A stretch of 64,000 bases of DNA, taken from assembly GCF_947568905.1 (NCBI RefSeq), contig NC_079164.1, positions 18,042,001 through 18,106,000 on the forward strand, read 5' to 3'. Of this stretch, positions 41,322-52,300 are shown piece by piece. The translations under genes were made by a program, and so were the position numbers. Under the pieces are notes generated by a model. It had not been told where the DNA came from. It ran no database searches and saw only the letters and a program-made list of their open reading frames with translations. This stretch comes from Ostrea edulis (taxonomy: Eukaryota). Numbering within the stretch: position 1 is the first letter of the stretch; every line of letters begins with the position of its first letter.

Positions 41322-42416
41322 TCATGCAGGTTGATTATTCTGAAATGAAGGTGTGCGCATATCCCTTAAATTTTTATTGCGTTGGTATGAACCACACTAT
41401 AGGTACAATGTAGAACAGAGAAAACGTCTTTGTCTCTCTGGAGGGTGTGCCATTAATTTAAAAGCTTTTGCTTTTTGGTGGGTTGTATTTGGTGATAAAA
41501 ACAAGGGGTATACCCGGTTTTTTGCTTTTATTTACACCCGATAACAGAGGTGGCTCGATCCTAGTTATTAAGTACCACTTGTACTTTTTTTATTGATTTA
41601 ATTATCACTATAGCCCCTCTTTAGAGGGTTTGTTTTGAAATCTTTAAGAATTTCTTCAATCATTTCAATTAATTTATTCACTCAAATCATTCATACAATG
41701 GTACACGAGGTACATGAATATATAAGTTAGTATTTAAACAACATTGCCACGGGTACAAGTATATAACTAATACATACACATGTATGTGCATTAGCACAAA
41801 ATAAAGGTGGAGGACATAATGCATATAATTTAATATATATACATCTTAGGAAGGACAGCAGACTAACTTATGGATATACATAGTTGCTTTTTTTAAAAAC
41901 TGTTTTAGGTTTCATGTTGTCATTAACTCTCTACATTTCAGTGTATTTGGTAAATGACAATATCTAGGAACCCAAAATTCTTTCCGTAGAGCGGATAGTA
42001 CTTTACATTCTAAGATAAAGTGGTATATTCGTCGGCTAATTTACCAGTAAATATGGCAAATAGTTTCACCTTTTATAAATCTCTTATAAACTGAAGGATA
42101 ATGTGCACTTTTTCGTTCCAGTTTGTAGGTTTGATGTACGTTTTCAAATCTAGAATGCGAGTTGCCTCAAATCACTTTCCTCTATACACCGTACTGCCCA
42201 AGAAATGCATTTTATTTACAGATATTTCACACGTGAATTTAAGCAGTTGATGAGCAGAATTTGCTATAGCGAATAAATCATGGCCGGATTTCTTTTTCTT
42301 CACCATGAACATAATAAAATAAAGCCATCGTCATGATAACGCACTTGGTACGTTATGCGATCCTTGATTATTTGATGTAGTCGGATATCGCATACAGATG
42401 GGGAGCATTTAGACCC
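41322..42416 (-). pseudogene. Decayed Penelope-like reverse transcriptase C-terminal half (palm/thumb)
   Basis: GSKCSPSVCDIRLHQII..RYHDDGF (42416-42321), LKFTCEIS..HFL..KTYIKPT, YKRFIKGETI, KRGYSD, IPLVFITKYNP, YQRNKNLRDM (41387-41358), stop TGA 41324-41322; several frameshifts and stops. Confidence 0.8.
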
Positions 42417-42756
42417 TTATAACACATCCAAATATCTGACCCCAAATTTCCTGAAAATTCCACAAAAATTGCTGAAATATACTCTTATATTAAGTAGTAA
42501 ATGGAGAATTCTGCATACTTTTACTATATTATGAAACTTCCACTATATAGGTCCCCAATAAATAAAATAGCTATTACCCACCAAAAAGCAAAAGCTTTTA
42601 AATTAATGGCACACCCTCCAGAGAGACAAAGACGTTTTCTCTGTTCTACATTGTACCTATAGTGTGGTTCATACCAACGCAATAAAAATTTAAGGGATAT
42701 GCGCACACCTTCATTTCAGAATAATCAACCTGCATGATAATTGTGAAGTGCAAATA

Positions 42757-42863
42757 GACTTCTGATGAGGCGGATCTGCATGCAGCTAAACTTCAATCTA
42801 TCGATCAATCCAATCAATTTGCTCAATTTTCACACCGCCGAAACACTTAATTAGTGTAGAGTC
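42757..42863 (+). ncRNA. Type I hammerhead ribozyme in the inverted arm
   Basis: Stem I GACTT/GAGTC; core CTGATGA (42762-42768); stem II GGCGG/CCGCC with a 61-nt loop; GAAA (42840-42843); stem III CACT-TAATT-AGTG; cleavage triplet GUA, cut after 42858. Confidence 0.85.
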
Positions 42864-44994
42864 AAGTGATTGTTGAGGTATGTGGCTGATGGGAGCCATA
42901 TATATTCTTAGATTTATGGGGGCTAGTGTTGAAGTAATTTTGGAGAAATCCTGTAATCCGATACACGAGGTTTGGGACCTTTCAGCGAACATAGTAGATA
43001 AACGTGTAGTGAATGGATAAGTTGGCTAATTTGTAATGTCATTAGATTTCTGTAAAACTCCATTGGCGATGATGAAATCGCAGTAAATCAAAGAATTAGG
43101 AGCCATGTTTCCTTCCTTGTTAAGCTCCACTGACACACACACATTATATTCTCAAAAACTGTTCTTGATTTCGTTTTTTATTTAATATTTTCGTTTTTAT
43201 TTATTAATTTCGTTTTTTATTTAATAATTTCGTTTTTTATATAATAATTTCGTTTTTTATTTAGTGTTTTCGTTTTTTATATAATAATTTCGTTTTTTAT
43301 TTAGTTTTCGTTTTTTTATATAATAATTTCGTTTTTTATATAATAATTTCGTTTTTTATATAATAATTTCGATTTTTATATAATAATTTCGTTTTTTATA
43401 TAATAATTTCGTATTTTATTTAGTTTTGGTTTGCACTAATGGGCTTCCGTAGTAAGCTTGGAAATAAAGTATGAATAAAAAATAGCTATGTATTTAGCAA
43501 AGTATGAAGATTAATTTTTAAGGTTTGGGGGTAAATTTGATTTTTTGAGTTTTATTTTTCTTCTTTTATCATAATTTTGGTTTTCAAGCGTTTTTGAGAT
43601 GCCATCCACCAACTTTTCTCCCGGCTGCGCCCCCTCCCCCTTGAAATTTGATACTGTAGTATATATATCATCAAAACATGCATCCACAACCACATGAAGT
43701 ACGGACGGTACTATACATATAACAACACCCCTTCCCCATCTGATTTTTTTTTGTGGCGATAATTTCTCCGAAATGTGTGGATTCCCTGTAGATCTATCCC
43801 ATCCCTTCGATTTCATGCTTTTTGTAAGCTTTAAAGATTGGCGTTGTATCGGCGGCGTCCTTCAAGCAAAGGGTTCTCAAGATATTGAGCGGACAATATA
43901 TTCCTATGTCCAGAGTAGATTGACCATTTCATTTTGACCCCTATTGATTTTTAGATCATATGGTCAAAGGTCAATCTACTCTGGACATAGGAATATATTA
44001 TCCCCTAATATCCTAAAGACCCAAATAAAATACCGTATATTTGGTTTCTTGACGGATCACTGGATGTGGTCATCTATTGTGGACACTATTGTTATTTACC
44101 TGGCCAAGAGATCAGGGTGCTGTGCCGCGTACACTTACGCGTGATGTACACAGGAAGGGTCTCAGGGCTGTCCTCAGTGTTTCTGTGGTCATAGTGTTTG
44201 TATAATGGTTGCATCCCTATGACTAGATGACACACAGTCTACCCCCCCCCCCCTCTTTCTCTCTTTTACTCCCAGTCATTGGCTCAATGAATAATTTCTT
44301 TTATAAAAATAGAACTATCATGAATTGATAATATAAATTATTTCAATAAGTTACAAGTTTTAGAAATTAATGGGCAAATTATTGTTTCATTTCTGATTGT
44401 GTCATTTTATAATACATATATATAAAGGGGGGAAATTACAATTATATTAAAATTGCGTTGTTCAGGGGTCTTTTAAAAAACAGTTGAATTACAAGAAAAT
44501 GCAGTTGTGGACAGGTTAATGCTATCAAAACTCTAGTATACAGGGCTTCCTCAAAATCTAAAGAATGCCTGTACAGGTACTGGCTGTTATTGTTATCAAA
44601 ACACCTCTTTGGGGTAGCTCTAGATCACAGTTTCTGCAGATGTCACTCCACCTGAGATCTATTGTTAAATGTTTGATTGACAGACGGCTAACAGTTTGGG
44701 GGTGTTAACTTAAAAGTTGGGTCTTTAAAGGACACATATCATGTTTTCAAAGTATACAGAATTATATGCATTTTGTCTTCCTTATACTTATAGAAATTAA
44801 TTGTAATATATAGTTCGTTCCTAAAGTATTGCGATAATTAGCCACAATACGGACTAAGCCCCGATTTCAAAAAGCCTAGGTACAGTGACGTCATATGCGA
44901 CCTTCCTCGATCAACTTGTTGCAAAAGTAGTGTTAGATATTTTTAAAAACTCGGGTTTCAGGGGCCTAATTTATTTACCATGGATAACATTTTA

Positions 44995-45430
44995 TTTGGA
45001 TGACCCCTATTGATTTTGAGGTCACATGGTCAAAGGTCAAACTGGACATTGGAATATACTGTCCGCTCAATATCTTGAGAACCCTTTGCTTGACAGACAT
45101 CAAACTTGGTACACTGGTACATCTTCAGAAGATGACCCTTATTGATTTTGAGGTCACGTGGTCAAAGGTCAAGGATTAAACTGGACATGGTAATACATGT
45201 ATAGTGTCTCCTACCTTTTAAGAATTATTTGCTTGATTGACACCCAACTTGGTATACTGGTACAGCATAAGGAGTAGATGACCCCTATTGATTTTTAGGT
45301 CACATAGTCAATTCACTCTTGACATAGGAAGTTATTGTCTGCTCAATATTTTGAATTGATGATACTACTATCAATTAAATGATGTGTGTATAACCCTTTT
45401 CAATTTTGCACCATGGGGAGCATGTGTTTT
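44995..45430. mobile_element. HINE/pearl-like interior fragment (related piece at ~43835-44000)
   Basis: Repeated ATGACCCCTATTGATTTTGAGGTCACATGGTCAAAGGTCAA. Confidence 0.55.
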
Positions 45431-45726
45431 ACTAATATCTATTGTTATTATTGTTATAGATATATCCCTACCTGGTATAAATTCAAATTCGGTTAAGTCA
45501 ATACCCTGTGGGCTAAGGTGGGGTCAAAATTTTCTTGGGAATAAAGAAGGTATTAAATCTTTTAAAATTCTTCAACTAATGAAGAACAGAAGGGCCAATG
45601 ACTCAGGCAAGCATTTTAGCTCATGGACCCCTTGTTCATAATGTCAGTGTCAATGTACACATCGCTTTGAATTATTCTGTGTGTTCAGGGGGTGTCAGTG
45701 CTACATAATATAGTAGAACTATTGCC

Positions 45727-45816
45727 CAATCCAATTAAAATTAGATCCTTTGATCCACTCATCCTGTGTAGTGATAGTAGATGAGCAGATCAAAGGATCT
45801 AATTTTAATTAGATTG
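45727..45816. mobile_element. 90-bp micro-MITE with perfect 9-bp TSD (Mutator-like)
   Basis: TIR CAATC(C/T)AATTAAAATTAGATCCTTTGATC; TSD ACTATTGCC at 45718-45726 and 45817-45825; related copies at 53284-53408 and 57331-57429. Confidence 0.8.
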
Positions 45817-46812
45817 ACTATTGCCTCAATCTTTACCCCTGCATATTTACTTTGTCCCATTGCTTCAGCCATACAATTATGCATCAATAATACAACTGTA
45901 TAGAACGCAACTAGGTTAAGGGCTTCCACAGTAAAATGCACAATATTGCACCCCAAATTCACAGGTATCATTACACTTGTTACGGTTAAACACCGAAACG
46001 ATACTACCCATATGTTGACTGTGACTGAGCTACCTTAAATTACCCTCATGGTAATTTTCCGTGACGTCAGTTGAATATCACGTCACACTTTATTTTTGGA
46101 AAACAGCAGGAGGCCCTACTTGTGAACAAAAGTTCAGGTTTATGCGGGTAACCAGCTGAATTTTCATTGATATACTGAGAAAGAAATAAAAATCCTTAAC
46201 ATGAAAAGTGTTGGGACCAAATGCATACTCAAACTAAACATGCCATAATTTAACAACATATCAACAGTCATCAGCGAATTAACGGGGTTTTCCACATTCC
46301 TATACATATCATATCGTTAATATACAAGACAGAAATTGCTCCCTGCACTTTTCAAACGCATAAATATATCTAGAAAATATTTCAGAAAAATTCATGTTTT
46401 TTATAGCAGATGAACCTGAACTTAATTTGCCTCTGTTTCTGTAGTATGAGATTATACGTGTACATAAAGGAATTTTATAAACGCATCAGTCATTCAGATT
46501 AGGGGCGATTTCAAGGTCACACTACATGTGATGTATAATATGAATATCACCTTCGTGCATACTATATATTAAAAATGGAAAATGATTTGATATCATAATG
46601 GAATAATATATAATAATATAATCATTTGACAAGAAGTGCTTTCACGTATAGATCTACAGCTTATTACTTGATAACAGTAGTAAATAACGACAAAATATTA
46701 TGACACTTTCCCCGCAATACAACTATCAGAACATGTACACTGTGACGTCATATGGTGTGAAGTGCACAGAGGTACATTTATAAACAGCACTGTGATTTTT
46801 CTCGGATAGCCT

Positions 46813-46875
46813 TATCTTCACAAGTCAAGGGTTAGTGCGAGGTAACGAATTAATAACCCTTGACTTGTGAAGATG
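46813..46875. mobile_element. 63-bp micro-MITE, (C/T)ATCTTCAC termini, 9-bp TSD
   Basis: 21-bp arms ATCTTCACAAGTCAAGGGTTA; TSD GGATAGCCT at 46804-46812 and 46876-46884. Confidence 0.75.
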
Positions 46876-48014
46876 GGATAGCCTTAATTGAGCTGCAAAT
46901 TTGATTCACACAACAGTTTTTAAAATAAGGAATTGATCATGCAACAGGCAATACCTAAATTCGTATAGTCTGCTTTCGTATCAAAAGTTTATTTCTGTGT
47001 TGAGTACGATCACCCAAAAGTACACTTTGTTTATTTTTAATATCTTTTTAACAACAAGACATAAATCAAAGCACTACATCTCCTTTTTGACCCGTCATCT
47101 TCTCTTATGAGTAGTTATTAGATTTTGGACATCCCCCACCCCCCTCCCCCGAAATACAAACAAAAGATCAACATAAAAACATTAGTGACAATCAATACCA
47201 TTTTTTTAAAAGGTGAAAAGTGTATTATGAAAATGCTAGATGTGCACTGAAATTCAAGCCAACTTGCTCAAAAATAAATACTAACTTTATAAAAAATCAT
47301 GACAGATTCCTTTCTTTCTTTTTTTTTTTTTTTTTTTGAGTTGCTTCATTTTTTCTGAGTGGGTTGAAAAGGAGAGGCAATAAAATTTCTAGGTCTACAG
47401 GCAATGTAAAAGAAACCAATCACTCGTTTCATAAATTGTATACACACAGTGTACCTACAGAAGTGAAGAATCGGATGCAAATAACTTGATTACTGATTTT
47501 TTTTATTTCCATATTTATTCATCAGAATAGCCAACTTGAACTAAAGACTAGGGTGAGCTTATACATATAACAAAATATGTGAACCAATTCTACAATTCCA
47601 GTACTGATACAAATATTCCCTTTTCATAAAAATTTCACTTCAAAGATATTTTGGTAGCATATTGACAAATGCCAAAATATACTATGGCCACGGCATGTTA
47701 CATAGTATCACAGTACATGTATTTCAAAAATTATAAAATAAATAATAACTTTCAAACCTGTTTACCTTCAATTTCCTCTGACAATTCACCATTGAAATTG
47801 TCCTTACTATACACCTACCCCATAACAATTTCCCATTGACCTTGAGCAAAAAACTTCTAGTTACAGTCATGACCCACTTACTGGTCATAATTAACCTCAA
47901 GTTTAATTTAAAAAAAATTAAGTTTAACTGTTAGAAATTACATTGTACATTGTATTATGGCCTTAATTTATAACCACTACCCTTGGCTTTATTAAAGCAA
48001 ATGACAGTGCATAT

Positions 48015-48764
48015 TACAGTAAAACACACTTATAGCAAAGTGCTGGGGACAAACAATTTTGATTTGTTATAAGCGCAATTCATTATATTCAATGAGTTCT
48101 TTATATGTTAAACTAAAGGGAATGAAAATCCCTTCACTGTAAGAGTCAATTCATTATAAGCATGTTCACTGTAACCATGTTTTACTGTAAGCGTGAATTC
48201 ATTATAAGCATGTTCCCTGTAACCGTGATTTACTATAAGCATGAATTCATTATAAGTGTGTTCACTGTAACTGTGTTTTACTGTAAGTGTGAATTCATTA
48301 TAAGTGTGTTCACTGTAACTGTGTTTTACTAAAAGCGTGAATATTCATTATAACTGTTTTCATTGTAACTGTGTTTTACTGTAAATGTGAATTCATTATA
48401 AGTGTGTTCACTGTAACTGTATTTTACTGTAAGTGTGAATTCATTATAAGTGTGTTCACTGTAACTGTGTTTTACTATAAGCATGAATATTCATTATAAG
48501 TGTTTTCATTGTAACTGTGTTTTACTGTAGGTGTGAATTCATTATAAGTGTGTTCACTGTAACTGTATTTTACTGTGTGAATTCATTATAAGTGTGTTCA
48601 CTGTAACTGTACTTTACTGTAAGTGTGAATTCATTATAAGTGTGTTCACTGTAACTGTGTTTTACTGTAAGTGTGAATTCATTATAAGTGTGTTCACTGT
48701 AACTGTGTTTTACTGTAAGCGTGAATTCATTATAAGCATGTTCCCTGTACCTGGATTTACTGTA
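48015..48764. mobile_element. TA-flanked MITE carrying a 48-bp internal tandem array (about 13 copies)
   Basis: Ends TACAGTAAA / TTTACTGTA; unit GTGAATTCATTATAAGTGTGTTCACTGTAACTGTGTTTTACTGTAAGT. Confidence 0.7.
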
Positions 48765-49351
48765 TAGTTAACGTTGTGGGGTAACATTAACTTTGTAAGA
48801 GGGAGTGTATTTTACTATACAGTACCATCCATGCTTACACAGACACAGAATGCAGCTCTGGTCAATCTGATTATAATACAGATCTCTCAAATAGCACAGA
48901 TTGGCTCTGGGTGTACCAGTTTCACTTTCATTTAATGGCATTTGTGAGTGTTAAAGTACCATATCTTGATTGAATTCTATAAAAAATATATTTGTATGAT
49001 AAAAATACATGTATAAAGCATTTCATAATGGCCTCATAAAACAATTTTTATTGAGTAAAATATCAGCATCACTTGAATAAAGGGCACTCCAAACATTGTA
49101 CTATAATCCGACATTGTCACCCTTACCTTGCTTTTACACAATTAAAAGAAATTCTTCAGTACATGTGTGTATCCTAGACCAAAAGCAACATAACAGGGTA
49201 TCAAATGAAACACTTCTTTATAAGAACACCTAAAATAACCATTTCATGTCACTGCGTGGTATCGCTTAGAGGTCCTGTCTTTCTCTACTACTAACAAATC
49301 CTCACTAACGGGATCTGCCCTACCACCAATGGTTTAAGGCTGGTAGTGGAT

Positions 49352-52300
49352 TCAGTACCACTGTATGTGGATGCTGGTTGATCCGTCTTTCCACATGGGA
49401 GATTCAGTGTGGATCTGTGCCCTGCACATTGGACAAGTCTTTTCTCTATCAAACCACATGGATACACAATTCTCACAAAATATATGCTGAAATAATAAGA
49501 AATCCAAAATTCAGAAAAGTCATCCAAGAGAATAAATACATAGCACATATTTCTGTCATAGTCAACATGTTTAGCTTGAATTTTACTGTATGATTCACAA
49601 ATGTTGGACATTTCTGAATATTTTATATGTTTTAATTTTAACAGCTATAAGTACATATTTCAATAAATTTATTTGCTAATTTTTTTTATGGATTGGAATT
49701 TCATTAGAATATGAAAATCATAAATTAATATATTCTTAATATCAAACTCCACAAGCATTCCATTAAATATTTTCTCTAAAGATTAAAGACAAAACATATC
49801 CAAAAACAAGAGGCCCAAGGGCCTAGAATCGCTCTTCTGATAAATTGTACAACCCCACCATTTCTATTCTTAGCCTCTTAGTATTCTAAATCTTTAGTTC
49901 AATCCTAAGAATTCAAAAAAAGTAGGTCAATGTGACCTACTTTTTGGTTTACACATTTTGAGAACCCAAGAAATATCAACTGACAAAGTTTAATGATTTT
50001 AAGCCAATTAGTATCTGAATATTGAAATATAGCTGTCAAATTCCAATCGTAGGTCATGGTGACCTACTTTTTGGTCAGCGAACTCCGAACATGCAAGACC
50101 CATCAACTGACAAAGTTTGATGACTGTAGGTCAAATAGTATCTGAAATATATAAATATAGCCGTCAAATTCCAAAAGTAGGTCAAGGTGACTTACTTTTT
50201 GGTCGACACCCTTTGAACATGCAAGACGCATCAACTGACAAAGTTTGATGACTGTAGGTCAAATAGTATCTGAATTATATAAATATAGCCGTCCAATTCC
50301 AAAAGTAGGTCAAGGTGACCTACTTTTTGGTCGACACCCTTTGAACATGCAAGACGCATCAACTGACAAAGTTTGATGACTGTAGGTCAAATAGTATCTG
50401 AAATATATAAATATAGCCATCCAATTCCAAAAGTAGGTCAAGGTGACCTACTTTTTGGTCGAAACCCTTCGAACATGCAAGACCCATCAACTGACAAAGT
50501 TTGATGACTGTAGGTCAAATAGTATCTGAAATATATAAATATAGCCGTCAAATTCCAAAAGTAGGTCAAGGTGACCTACTTTTTGGTTGACACACTCCCT
50601 AGACTCAAGATGCATCAACTGTCAAAGTTTGATGATTGTAGGTCAATTAGTGACTGAAATATATAAATATAATTGTCAAATGCCAAAAGTAGGTCACAGT
50701 GACCTACTTTTTGGTCGATACACTCCGAAGACTCAAGATGCATCAACTGACAAAGTTTGATGATTGTAGGTCAAATAATGTCTGAAATATAGTAATTTAG
50801 CTGTCAAATACCAAAAGTAGGTCACGGTGACCTACTTTTTGGTCGACACAAACCGAAGACTGAAGACGCATCAACTGACAAAGTTTGATGATCCTAGGTT
50901 TTACAGTGCCCAAAATATGCATCTAAAATTGAAAATGTGAAATTTGAATATCTGCAAAATTCAAAAAGTAGGTCACTGTGACCTACTTTTTTTATAAATA
51001 TGTTTCAAGGCCTCAAGATGCATCAACTTACAAGATTCGATGATTCTAAACCTCTCGGTATTTGAAATAACAACTTAAAAGATATCTATAAATGATAAGC
51101 CATAAAATTCAGAAAGTAGGTCACGGTGACCTATTTTTCAGTTGACGCATTTCAAGGTCCCATGATCCACCAACTGACAAGTTTTGATGATCATAGGCTT
51201 CAAAGTGTCCAAGACATGCATCAAAATTAATTTTAAAATAAATACCTGCAAAATTCAAAAAGTAGGTCACCGTGACCTACTTTTGAGACAACTTGACACA
51301 AGGTCCTAAGATGCATCAACTGTCAAAATTTGATGATCCTAGTCCTTATAATGACTAAAATATCAAAGATTTAAGGAAATATAAATTTAGGTCAACTTTG
51401 AAGTGACCTTGAGACCACGACCTTTGCCCCAGGGTAATGCCTTGAACAATTTTTAATCTACAACATATCCTCATCCTTATGTGTAAGTTTGGTGATAATC
51501 TGCCCAGTGGTTCTTGAGAAGAAGATTTTTTAGCAACCACTACTTTTGTTTGTATTTTCCTGATTATCTCCCCTTGTTAAAGGGTCACATCCCTCTATTT
51601 AGTATGAAAGCCCTTGGGCCAATGATACCCTGTAACAAATTTGAAAAAAATTGGCCAAGGGGTTCTTGAGTTATAGCCCTTTTTCTAAAAAGTTTACGCA
51701 CACCGCACAAATGGCCATAGCATTAGCTCTTTGAGCCTTCGGCTCAGAAGAGCTAATAACAGTTTTTAGTAAGTATGAAAAACGACTGCTACTCAATTGT
51801 TGTCCCATCATCTTCACTAGCCATGGGAGCGGAGTGGACCGAAAACCCTTGGCTAGTGAAGATGTTGCCCCATATCCATATCTGCCACTCTTAAAGAAAA
51901 TGAAATGCTTTCACTCATTTTGCACAACAAATCATTTGACCTTGAAGACTATTAAGGTCAAGGTTATCAAATGTGGAAAAATGTCTAACTGTGCAATGAA
52001 AAATAAGTTTCATGCAAAATTAGTCCTCTTGCATCATTTCTGAATTTGTTCCACAGTAACGTTGATCATACTTTCAAGTATCCTACGACTAGCATTGTGG
52101 TCCAAATGACCTGTGACTCAGGAAATGACTTTTGAAAGTACATTGTACTAGCAATTTACAAGTATTTATGCAATTAGTGCAAATATCACAGACTGAAATC
52201 ACACGGTAATCCACTATTTGGAAAAAATGTAGAATACATAGATATTTTGTTTACCAAGATATCATAGTGAAAGTATTGTTTAAAATATTAGGTACTCCAT

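Larger units (their letters stand above)
40650..43450 (-). mobile_element. Fold-back Penelope-like retroelement: inverted pseudo-LTR arms (40650-41483 and 42576-43450) around a decayed RT, 8-bp TSD AGTAAGCT
   Basis: Arms are reverse complements (identical ORFs reported at 41067+ and 42798-); AGTAAGCT at 40642-40649 and 43451-43458; PLE RT motifs in the spacer; a hammerhead in each arm. Confidence 0.88.

Noticed and set aside
42170-42185. In-frame TGA in the PLE RT (RGK*FE) as selenocysteine, as in some Naiads
   Set aside because: The copy also has frameshifts and TAA stops. The TGA is more simply a CGA->TGA CpG decay, and I found no convincing SECIS.
44090-44230. Exon-like GC-richer patch (AG..TVCHLVIGMQPLYKHYDHRNTEDSPETLPVYIT..GTAAGT on -)
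   Set aside because: No recognisable homology and no partner exons; FBXO21 is complete without it. tBLASTn or RNA-seq would be needed to revive it.
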